A stretch of 64,000 nucleotides of DNA from the human T2T-CHM13v2.0 reference genome, Homo sapiens, in the NCBI RefSeq assembly GCF_009914755.1, contig NC_060930.1; one strand, given 5' to 3'. The position numbers and the translations under genes are program-made. A model generated the notes under the pieces. It was not told the DNA's origin. It worked only from the letters and a program-made list of their open reading frames with translations, and did not search any database. Numbering within the stretch: position 1 is the first letter of the stretch; each line of letters begins with the position of its first letter. Shown here piece after piece: positions 29,172 to 41,412 of this stretch.

Positions 29172-31571
29172 TTATATGTGACATATATGGATAAATGACT
29201 GAAATAAACTGAAAATTATAATCCTTTAGTTTATGAAATTTCTACCGTGGTGCAACTGCTAAACGTAATATTCCAAATGACAAGGCATTTTCAGAAATAA
29301 GAGAATAGTATAATGAGCCGATCAAGCGTATTTTTAAAAAGCCAATGTCTCAAATCATCTTGCCTTTAGGAACTGCCAAATATTGAAACCATTTCCCACA
29401 CATCTTTCTAAAAATCACTCCCCACTTAGCACTCAAGCCTCTCAAGAGATGTCTCTTATGATAGATAATATAATTCAAGCAGGGAACGATATAGCATTGT
29501 GGTGCCCAGAGGTGTACTGTTGAGGAAGTGGAGTGCTTCTAAAAACCTAGCGGAACAATGCAACAAAATAACCTTCCTGCCTATTAGTGGTAGCCCTAGG
29601 AATTCTATATGGGCAGGGCTCAGAGCATGGCAATCTGGCTGAGAGTGGATTGGAGCAAGGATGTATCTTATAGTTGCATTTATAGTACAAGCTTTGCCGT
29701 TTCATGAAGGATGGTGAGAGGAAGGATAAAGGGGGAGGCTTCACCCTTCCCAACAAGGGGGAGGCTGGCAGAGAATGTAACTCTCTTCTAAGCCATTTCA
29801 TCCTGCTGGCATGGCTGGTATCTATTAGGGTTAGGTCTAGACTGCATTTTTAACTTTCTGGACCTCTCATAATAACTTAGATTCATCAAACACTTTTTAA
29901 TTTTGAATTTTTATATGTATTACCTCATATCCTCACAAAAGCTTTACTACATCGATGAAACATATCATTTTTCTCAGTTCATCAGCATTTAGGGTACTGA
30001 GGCTCAGAGTGGCAGTGTGTGTTAACAGTGTAGTAAGATCTAAGTTACATATAAATGTGAAAGAAAGACCTAGTTTTTGATGTTGGGCTTGGGAGAAAGA
30101 GAGAGAGAAGGAAAGAGAGAGTGGCAGAGAGTGTTAACAGTGTAGTCAGATCTCAATTCTTCCTCTTCTACTCCATCTCTTTCCTTTTATCCATTCTACC
30201 ATTAAAAAAAAAATTACCGATGAACAGTTGGGACCTCTTACTATGGCCTCTTGAGACTCCAAACATGGGGCTTATAGAGATTTATAATCCCATTTTACTA
30301 GGGAAGGCTCTCAAACCCATATCTTCTGAAATGTGATAAAAGGGGAATCCAAGCAGGATAGCTGAAGAGCAATTTAAATCTTGCTGTAAAGCATAAAAGT
30401 CCCTCAATATTGTAGAGGGTGGAGAAAGTCCGCCTGGGAACACATATTCCTGTCACTTTGAGAAGTCTCAGAGTGCCCTGTGTTCCTCTTGGGCAGAGGT
30501 ACATTCTTAGGAAAGAATCTCCAGGAAGGGAGGAAATTTATAGATTAATTGGCTCACCCAGCGACACACTAGACCCATAAATCATAATCTCTGTGTAGAA
30601 TACGGGCATCAGCAAATTTTGAAAATCCTTGGGTAATTTCAACATGCAGGCAGGTTTGGGAATCACTATTTTATAGATCTACTAACATGCTTCCAGATAA
30701 AGAATCAAGATGGGTGCATCTCAAACTGGCTTACACAGTAAGAAAGTTGTCACCTCCAAAGGAAAGCCAGAGGCAGGGAATGCCTGGTGGAAATGGAGGT
30801 CTGGCTCTGACTTGTCTGGTTCTGTCCCTTCATGTGGTGATGTCATCCTCGGGCAGGCTTCCATCAAATTCCCCTGATGATGGCCAGCAGCAACTGGATC
30901 ACCACCTTGACTCTCATTCATGTTGAAAAATAGCCTTTCCCTTAGGTTTGGCTGACTTAAGCCATGTGCCTGGAGCAAGACCAGTTGCAAGGCATATGCC
31001 AGTGCTATCGGCTTGATCTGAATAATTACAAGGCAGGGAACTGGGATTACTTGAAGTGGCTCATTCTAACCATGGAGTTGGAACCAGTTTTTCGTGAGTC
31101 AAAATGGCTGCATGGCAAAGTGAAAGGTGCCCATTCAATCTAGGGGCAAAGTGCAAGAGAGGGATAGGAGCCGAGCACACAGCTGTTAGTACCCATTACA
31201 GTTAGTAAAATGTGAATTTTTGTTTAGGAATATTAATTTTAATAATCCTTTCAAGCAGTTTATAGATTGCAATAAACTTGTCATAGTAAAAAGTAAGTTT
31301 TTGTTATATTTGAATTGCCATTTAGAATGGAAGAAAAAGCTGCCTCATTGGGTACTTCTAGGTCTAGGCAGTGTAACACAGACCATATTTAGGGAGACTG
31401 TGCCCCTACATGCCTGCCCTTCTCCATTCTTCTCACTGTGCCTGCCTGTAATGTGTGGGGTCCTGCTATCGGCCTGGTCCTGTTCCGTACCTTGTCATCA
31501 CCACAGTCTTTGTTCCTTTGGGGCTGGTCCTGTTCTTACTGCCTAATGTTATGCCCTGTAGAACTCTATGA

Positions 31572-31916
31572 GTAACTTGGCTTGGGAAGAGTATCTACTC
31601 TACCCTGGCTCTGGGAACAATGTTGCTGTCCTGGAATTTTTTTCCAGGTGGATCCTTTTGGATCCTAACACTTTGCGCATATCCAGGCTCGCTGACAGAG
31701 ATCCTATTTGATATGAGTCTTTAGGTTTCATCCTATCAGGGTAGGTAACTTGACTTGGGAAGAGTATCTACTCTACCCTGGCTCTGGGAACAATGATGCT
31801 GTCCTGGAATTTTTCCCAGGTGGATCCCTTTGGATCCTAACAGTTTGTTAATATCCAGGTTCACTGACAGGGATCCTATTTGATATGGGTCTTTACGTTT
31901 TATCCTATCGGGGTAG
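31572..31916. repeat. ~173-bp tandem duplication (two copies, ~91% identical by hand count)
   Basis: 31572-31744 versus 31745-31916. Confidence 0.93.
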
Positions 31917-32295
31917 GTGCAGAAGCAGGGGCGAGAAGGTCACAGATTTGCCCTGTTTCTCAGCACGTCCATGAGCTCCCACTTTTCCCTTTCCCCTACT
32001 AGGGTCAGTATTTCCCTATTCTCCACATGTCAGCAAGTACACACAGCTGGGGGTCTACAAGGGTGAATTAGGGTAATGTGAACCCATTTGCCTGGGATAC
32101 CCCAGTTTATAGCTGTTATTCTTTCATTCTCAAATGTGTCCCTGTTTGGGAAATAAATTATAAGGTCACCCAGTTTTAAATATCTCCTGCTGGAGAAGAC
32201 CCAAGACAAATGTTCTACAAATGGTTGTTTCTTTCCTCTAGGATGTACCATGTTCCACTTTTGAGTATCTCCACTTAACAAATTCCTTCCTTTGG

Positions 32296-33236
32296 GTTGA
32301 AAATTACTTTCTGATAACTTTCACATCAGTCCTATTTCTGTCGTCTGGTGCAGCGAACACCAAGCTACAACTACTTCCATAAACACTTCCTCATATTTTT
32401 CCTACTTTAGGTTCTCTTGGCTGAACAAACAACCTCCATCTTTTTTTTTTTTTTTTTTTGGTATAACACAAATATTAGATACCTTGACTACTCTGTTTCT
32501 GTGACACAAAACCAACCACAGAGAACCCCCCTGTGATGATGCTACAGCTTGAGCTGGGATTAGAATCTTTTGTCTATGCCTCTGCCCCATCCTCACTAGA
32601 GACGAGGTGAGAGATCAGGAACTTAGGATCACTTGAGTCCAAGGATGACAGGCCACAGTGACAAAGTCTGTTTGTTACAGATTTCAGTGAAATAAAAAGA
32701 GCTGATAGTTGTTGGAGCTAATGAAAGCACCCTTGAGTAAGGCAATTAGACCAGATCAGATGCTGTTCTCCAGTCCTGCATAAATTGTAATGTTGTTACT
32801 GAACTGAACTTTTAAAGATTCTTTGGGTCACTTTTATGAGTTTGATATTTTTGGTTTATATAAGTATTTGAAAAGAGGAGGTGAAAATTTAATGAGAATG
32901 AATTGATAGTTGGAAGACTTGCTACAAAATAGAGTATATTTAATAAAAGACTGGAAATTTTTTTGAGGCAGGAAATCTCTAAGATGATGACAAAATGAGT
33001 GTAACCTACTTGATGATGAATTGGCTGCCATCAACAACTGTTTCTGAATAAAATTCAAAGTTACAAAGAGAAGGGCAAAGTGATTTCAGAAAAAAAAAAT
33101 AACCACCTTTACTTTAAGTTGAAAATTACTTTCTGATAACTTCCATATATCAGTCCTATTTCTGCCCTCTGGTATAGCAAACACCAAGCTACAGCTACTT
33201 CCAGAAACACTTCCTTATATTTTCCCTACTTTAGGT
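32296..33236. repeat. Dispersed ~118-bp direct repeat pair (32296-32412 and 33118-33236)
   Basis: Both copies read GTTGAAAATTACTTTCTGATAAC...CCTACTTTAGGT; ~90% identical. Confidence 0.92.
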
Positions 33237-33609
33237 AGTTCTAAAAAGCGTATTGGAGTAAAATAATATTAGAACAGTTTAATTAAATAAATTATGAATT
33301 AAGAAAAAATATAATTGTACTATTTTAAATTATAGATTAAACACTAGGAAAACAACCTTTAAGCCAATAGGTTTTGGAAATAGTCATATCATTGAATAAA
33401 GAAAAGATAGAAATGGAAAGTAATACATTTGAATATTCAGAACTTCTAAGTACAGATGAGGAACAGCTGTAATACACATGGTGCTTACTTTCTGAATTTA
33501 ACTTAAATATGTTCATTACTTATGAAAGAAAAAGGTAGTAGCAGCACAAATCATATAATGTCACTCAACTATTCAAAATGTTTTCATAGAACCAATGGTA
33601 CACAGGGCC

Positions 33610-33790
33610 TGGAGCTGTCACTAGTTGTATAATGTGGGTGTACTTGACATCCAAGTACATCCTGAGTTTCTTCACCTATAAAATGGGGAATAATAATACC
33701 TCCCTTACAGGGTTTCTGTGATATTAAATGAGTTATAACATGGGCAGCAGCTAAAACAGTGTAAGACACAGTGTAAACGCTCAATAAGAA
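33610..33790 (+). mobile_element. MIR SINE
   Basis: ctgagtttcttcacctataaaatggggaataataatacct...attaaatgag. Confidence 0.75.
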
Positions 33791-35771
33791 CTCCTTTATC
33801 AGATAATCGAGACATTTCACTTGCTGGTATCACTCTTCCTTTCCTTACCCCCCTTTTCTTTTAGTAAGATCTCTAAAGCTTTATTCAAAATTTTCATTAG
33901 TCAGTAGAATAACATTTTATAAATCAGTGAAAACCTGTACCTACAAAAATTATAAAATAAAATATCAGCAATAGCATGAAATCACACAGTGTAAAATTAG
34001 ACATATTTAGAACTGGTTTGTGGGAAAAATGCACCTCACAAGTTTTCTTAATATGTCATGGGTTAGATAGAGTGTTTTTGTTACCAGCATAGCTTAGCTC
34101 TTATTCCCACTCTGCCCTACCACTCTTCTTTTCTAACATACCCTTTCACTGTGCTATTCCTCAGTCCTCAGACAGAACTATGTCTATGCCCTGAAGTCTT
34201 CCTGCTTCCACACTGCAGTGCTCATCTTGTGTTTGTCTTTCATATGGGAGGGCCCTTCTCTTCCTTCTCTGTTGTTTTCCTACTTTTCTTTTAAGAGCCA
34301 GTGAAATGTTACATTCTCCACTATGCTTTCTCAGATCCCACATTCAGAATTCATTCATTGCTCCCTCCTGTTCCTCCAGGGTGGTTCATATCTCTATGGC
34401 ATTCACTGATTCACCTGTATTCACTAAGCGACTACTGTTTCAGGTCCACTATGGGACATAGCTGTAAATGAGATAAACAAATGCCATGAAACTTGTGTTG
34501 TAGTGCTTCCTTTGTCCTGTCTTGAATACTAATTTGTTGTAAATATATGAGTTTCTCCCTTTAGACTGCAAATACCTTTGGGATCTGTATTGTAATCTTG
34601 CCCTCCCCTCTCCAGTTCACCTTGGTGCTTGCCTAGTACAATGTTTTGTACATGACAGAGATGCAATACATATTAATTAAGTGAATTAATGAAAAATGTG
34701 TGTGGAAATATTAATGGGATTTTTAGAATATATATATGAATTAGATTTGTTTTAAAAACCATTAGACTATGAAAAAATGCTTCATGTCTTGCCCGCATCC
34801 ATTATTGCAACTCCTCTTTGAAATTTCTGTCCTCTTTTTAAGTATCTAATATCAGAGGCTTAGGACACAGTCATCTTATTAAAGATAATATCCTAAGTGA
34901 AAAGGCAAATAAAAATTCTTTTCTAAATAAACACCAAAAGACCAGAAAAGAGATGGTTTATATATAAAGTATATTTTAGTACAATCTGCATTCCCAGACA
35001 CTTTCAATCTTTCCATAAGTAAATAATCAATGGAACCAATTAAATATGTGGAGATCAATGAGGAAGACTATCATTATTACCTGGCTCTTGAGGATGGCAA
35101 CTCCCTTGCCCCTCAATTATTGTACTTGACAGGCAAAGCCATAATCATGGTTAAATTCAACCCACTGCCTACCCCTTACCTGAATCTTTGTATAGCTGAT
35201 CATGGCTGGAGAAAAACAAGCATTAGAACACACTTTAAATTTCTGGTCCTTAAGTAAAATCACACTATATTTCTCTAGTCTGACTCAGTTTTGTACTGTC
35301 CTGGGGAGCTACACACTTTTCTCAGATTTCTGGTACCTTCTTGCTGATTCTTTCTCTTAGCTGATGAGTTTGCTTCACATTTTACTGAAAACAAGAGGAG
35401 CCAGAAGAGAACTTCCCAAGCATCCAGCACAGCATCTGCTCACTGCTCACTGGCTGCGTCTGTGATCATAGTCTATGCTTTGCCTCCTGTGACTATTTGA
35501 TGATTTGTCTGTGCTCCTACTTAAGACCAACTCTCCACTTAGGCAGCAGGTCCCATCCTTTTTCACCTTTCAAGAACATTCTTCCAGAAACTCTTCTCTC
35601 ACTTTCCTACATCATTTTCCCTTTTGCTATTGGATTATTTCTAGAAGCACACAAACACGCTATTATTTTACCTCTATTAAAAAAATCCTCTCTCTATAGC
35701 ATGTTTCCTCCAGATACTAGCTCATTTTTCTGTTTACACTGACGCAAAACTATTTAAAAAGATCTGGCTTT

Positions 35772-36349
35772 TTGGTGTGGCAATTCCTCAAAGACCTAAG
35801 GACAGAAATACCATTTGACCATTTGACCCAGCAGTCCCATTACTGCATATACCCAAAGGAATATAAAGCATTCTGTTATAAAGGCACATGCATGCGTATG
35901 TTCACTGTAGTATTGTTCACAATAGCAAAGACATGGAATCAACCTAAATGCCCATCAGTGATAGACTGGATAAAGAAAATGTGGTACTTATATACCATGG
36001 ACTACTATACAGCCATAAAAAGGAATGAATTCATGTCCTTTGCAGGGACATGGGTGAAGCTGGAGGCCATTATCCTTAGCAAAGTAATGCAGGAACAGAA
36101 AACCAAATACTACGTGTTATAAGTGGAAACTATATGATGAGAACACATGGATACACAGAGGGGAACAACACATGCTGGGGCCTATCAGAGAGTGGAGGGT
36201 GGTTGGAGGGAGAGGATCAGAAAAAATAACTATAGGATACTAGACTTAATAGCTGGGTGATGAAATAATCTATACAACAAACCTCCATGACACTGTTTTC
36301 CTATGTAATGAACCTGCAAATTTACCCCTGGACCTAAAAGTTAAAATAA
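35772..36349 (+). mobile_element. 5'-truncated L1PA (older subfamily) 3' end
   Basis: ORF2 C-terminal remnant (WNQPKCPSVIDWIKKMWY), 3'UTR and A tail; imperfect TSD AAAAAGAT(C/T)TG(G/T)CTTT. Confidence 0.9.
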
Positions 36350-37141
36350 AAAAAGATTTGTCTTTCCCTCCTTTTCCAAGACAAAAGCAAGGTCCTAGTG
36401 AGTGAAGATTTCCTCTGATACCACATGCATAGATACCAATACCTGCCCCCTACCTTTATTCTCTCTCTCTCTGTCTCTCTCTCTTTCATTCTCTTTATAT
36501 TTTAGTATTTGTGATGTGCTTATAGAGCCTGGTGTATTCAATGTGTGGATATGACACTTCACCAGAAGGTGTGACTATCTAACACACAATATACAGAAAG
36601 TGACAGTAAACTAAAACTCCACTGATCGCTTCTGTGAATTTGGATATTGACATTTGTTGATAGGGGTGGTGGTGAGGGTGGTGGTTTTGTAACAAAACAG
36701 ACAATTTGGGAAAAGGCAGAGATCTAGCACAGTAGGATGGGCTCCCTTGAGCTGGGAGGGTCTTATGAAAGACCTGGCAGGTAGAAAGTATTTAGGGGGG
36801 CATAAAGGAGGACAAGATATTGGTGGGCAGGGAAACTTCTAGCAGACTAAGGAAAATGGTTGGCACCGAAGGCTTAAGTTGGGGAGGTTGGTGTTATTTA
36901 TTTATTTATTTTCCTTTTAAAATTTAGCCACTCTATCCTGGAGCTGACCTAGATTCTGCAACCCAGTGTAACTATGATAATTTTGGAAATTTCCGAATAT
37001 ATAGACAGGGAAATTAAAGGAACAACCACTGAATTTAAACACTTTCAAACATTACTTTATCCTAAAAAACAGTCAAATCTGCCCAAGGATGTGAGTGGCA
37101 GTTCTGAAATACTGGGCTTTTGACTCTTCGTTTATAGTTTA

Positions 37142-37472
<331 letters not shown>

Positions 37473-40400
37473 TTATTAGCTACTGTGAAAGCCAGCCCTT
37501 TGGTCAAAGTACCATTTTCACTCTAGGTTGAAGGCTGATGGCCATGTGACCACAATGTTGACTGGCATCCCTGAAGACATAGGCTACATCATCTCCTTGT
37601 CATATCACTGAAGAGCTTATTATTTTTTTCCTTCCAGTACCAAAGTTGGCTTCTAGACATAGGCTGCTTACAAAGTTTCTATTTCAGGCTCAGCTTTGCC
37701 CACAAGTCATTCTCTTTCTTGGCTACATATTCAAGTGGATACTTACCAACCTGTTTGGACCATTCCTCACCAAACTCTTCTAGAGGAAATTTTTTTTAGC
37801 TATTTAACCTTGTAGGCATACAGAGGCTTACTGTACACATACAGTGGCAATAGTAGACATCAGGGATAAGAGAATCAGGCTTTCATGGTAGCATTGCTAT
37901 GAAAGCAACAGCCATTGGTATAAGCACTTAGCAAACCCATTATGTCTTCCTAGGGGAAAAGGTCTCAATGTCTTAATGAATAAATTAGCACGACCAGAGA
38001 CAAAATTCACTGTAATTTCTACAGAACAAAAATCATAATTTGAGGAACAGAACTCTATAGAGAGTAAGTAGGTAACATTTCAGCACCAATTCAATGACTG
38101 GAAGTTAAAAAAAAAACACAATTTAATCTTTCCCAAATTTTTCTAACCTTACTAAAAAAAGTGAGGGACTATGGTGTTTCTGCAAATGTTTCTCTTGTTT
38201 GAGATTCATTATGCCCTGGTCCTCCCACTACATTAGTAGATTCTCAATTACACACCTGAGAAATTTTTCCCAAAGAGCAAAAGCAATTAAATACAAATCG
38301 TGCTTAACATACCTGAATATGTATCAACAAATTATGCAGGTTTTCTGAATACCTTGTTCAGTCTATCCCAGAAGACTGCATGGATTTTAAGCATACTGTT
38401 TTCTAGGCAATAAAATGGAGAACAGAGAAGCTTCTACAACTTGCTGTCCCACTTGCCCTCCTACAGGTAGTTCTCAACAAACTTATACAATGCCAGCCCC
38501 AATCTGTGGCCTTAGAGGCAAAAGTTGTTGGAATAAATGATGCAAAAGAAGATCATAGAAAGTAAGGAAACTTGTAGTTATTTCTTTTAATGAATTAGAA
38601 AGTAAACAGACTTTCACAATCAGCATGCATGCTGATTATCAATAATGCATGGGGTGGATGTTATACCATTTCCCTCTCTGTAGCTTTTGAAAATTGGATG
38701 CCATCACTGTCTTTTTTACCTCCCAAACTGGCATTTGTTCAGCAGCAGTAATCCCTGCTGAGGATAAAAATCAGCAGTCTCTTATCTCAAATAATTAGAG
38801 TGGTTGCATTATTTTTTCTCTTCTTGCAAAAATCAGGTTTAACCATCAGACTTGCTATGTCAGAAGGAAATGGTTAGGACCTTGGCAAACCCTTACAAGA
38901 AATAAGAGGTTGCTAGTGCCTACCTTCTATTCCATACGTGTACATATGTACTGAGCCCTACCTCATTGCACACACACAAGAAAAAAAAAAAGAAAGAAAA
39001 GGAAGAACTAAATCTATTGGTGGCATGCTGAGTTACAAACATAGGCACTTCTTGCTGAGGGCCTATGCAGTGTAGTGAGTGGGTAGGAACAGAACTGAAG
39101 TTGAAGGGAGAGGTGGAAAAGGAAGTTGCCTCTTTCGTGCCCAGAGGGGATGACCCTCTGAACAGGTGGAATTGCCAGCTGTTTAAGTCTGGTAAATGTC
39201 AGGGAGTGAAGAGGTAGGAGTCTAGCAGGGCCATGTTTTCAACTGTACCCAGAACAGAAATGTGTGCAAACTCATCATCCGTCTTAGTAGGGTGAGAGGG
39301 CAGGGCATATTGAGAAGAGGAGGAGTGTTCTTTCTCAAAGCTGACTAGTTTCTGTGTCCTGGGAAAGGAGAGAAACACATTGCAAGAAAAGATAGTACAC
39401 ACTGCCTCCATTTAAGGCATGAAATCACTTGATAATGCAGCCTCTCGAATGACGTACATTAACATTTAGCTGCCACCTGCAGAGGTGCTGTTCCTGCAAG
39501 TTGAGAACTATACTTCTAGTAATGGGGGAATGCCTTTGCCTCTCAAATAGTGGTACAGGCGCCCTCAAGGTATGCAGTACTGTGCCAGGGGTTGTGAGAA
39601 ACCATAGGATCAACACATTGCTTCTTCATGGAGTACTAAATTTACTTTGGCAATTTTAGAAAACATTTAAAATGTTGAGGACCACCTGAATACATAAACA
39701 AAATCAACAAATCCTTTCTCTACAGATGAGTCAATCTTAAAAAATATGAGAGTAGGATATTTTTATAAGCTGTGATTAGTTGTAAAATGCATTATCACTT
39801 TGAAAAAAATGGTGAATAGAGTTGGATTAATGCTGAGGTGAAGTTGGAGTAAACAGAATGTGAAACTGAGGTAAGAACAGTTACACTAAGATTGTCAACC
39901 AGCTTGGTGAAGATTTCATACATGGCTGCCTAGTTTTCAGGGGCTGACACAAATAAACCAGTCCTTTCTCCTGCAGCTGGACTTTTCCATACCCCTCCAT
40001 CATCCTGCTGCCATCTCCTCACATGTATAGGTTCAGGCTGATTAAGCCACTCCTAATCATCTCATCTTTACATTAACTGAAGTTCCACTAACCTTTTTTA
40101 CTGCTCTGCCTCCCAATTCTTAATTATGTGTACTTTTTGGAAACCATCTCCATAAGTTTCAGAATGTGGAGTTTAAATAAGTACACAGGTTACCATAAGA
40201 GAATCTGCATGGAATTGTACAAGTAAATCTGAGATTGTGATTGTACCTCACAAATGTGAGCAACACTATGCTTTCCAGAGCACTGTTATAGCCTAGGTTG
40301 ACACAAAGTTTGGAAACCAAGGGGTTATGCCAGAAAGTGCCAGGTAATGCATGAGCCGGAGGAAGATTCAGCCCATGATATTTGAAGCTGACTTGGAGGT

Positions 40401-41312
40401 GGATGGGGACAACAAGTAACAAGAATTCAGAGACCCACTAAGAGCTTATAAAACAAATTCCAAAAAATTCAGGAGGAAGCTAACTTCAGAAGCTGAGGTG
40501 TACTGAGGAAATATTAGGGGAAAGGAATGTGGATTTACTTATGAGACATAATGATTTGTGCCAAATATCCACTTTACTTCTGGTTCCAGCTGTACTGAGG
40601 TGCTGAAACACAAGGTATCTTTCTTCCTGTGATTGCTAAGAGTGCTACATATTTGGGGACAAAATTTGTATCATCCGATTCCTATCATATCTGAAGTACT
40701 TATATCAGAGTCGGCTCTAATTTAGCCCAGCATCTCTGTTTTCTGGAAGTTTGTGCTGTCCATGATTATAATTTTACAAACCACACACTACTCTTTGGTT
40801 TTATTGCTATCATGTAAACTTAATCTTGGAGTATGTTGGGAATTCTCAGTAAAGACAATTGCATATATATAGATTGTTGCATATATTACAAAAAAAGAAT
40901 GATATTCTAACTACTCAAGCAGAGCAGAATTGGAGCAGATCAAACAGAAACAGCTGTATATCTTTGCCTGTTAACTTTTGGATGGATAAGGACCTATCAG
41001 TTCCTGCAGAAAAGTAAGGTAAACTTCATTTTGGGTACTTGGAGACTGAAGCATAGGAAGAGCACTCTGCCACTTCCTCAATTTGGGCAAATAATTAATT
41101 TCTATTTGCTCTGGTTTGTAACTTGAAAAGTAGATAATAATATTTCCAACACTATAGTTTTTGATTAGTGCTTGCTTATTATGTAGTTGTATTTTGAAAA
41201 TTAAATGAGAAAATAGATGTTACTGTTTTGCAGAGAGCCTGGCACATTGTTACCTGTTATTATGATCTAGTGCCACTCCATTCTGAGGTTTAGTGCTAGG
41301 CCTGGTAGGAAT

Positions 41313-41412
41313 TGGATTGCCTGATTTAGCAAATAAAAATATAGGACCAAGTCAAATTTAAATTTCAGATAAATTTTCAGTAAAAGTATGTCCCATGGAA
41401 TATTTGGGACAT
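41313..41412 (+). mobile_element. MER53-type hAT MITE, half element
   Basis: ggattgcctgatttagcaaataaaaatatagg...tgtcccatggaatatttgggacata; truncated where the L1 begins. Confidence 0.65.

Noticed and set aside
30006-33236. Direct repeats resembling a CRISPR array or an LTR pair
   Set aside because: Only two copies each, no regular spacers, no cas genes, no TG...CA ends, PBS or PPT; the sequence is human intron.
35772-36122. 116-aa ORF, and similar ORFs at 43899, 53595 and 55163
   Set aside because: Fragments of decayed L1 ORF2 with stops and frameshifts; not host genes.
41313-41412. miR-1302-like hairpin from MER53
   Set aside because: Only half of the palindromic element remains and the mature-miRNA region is cut after TTGGGACATA.
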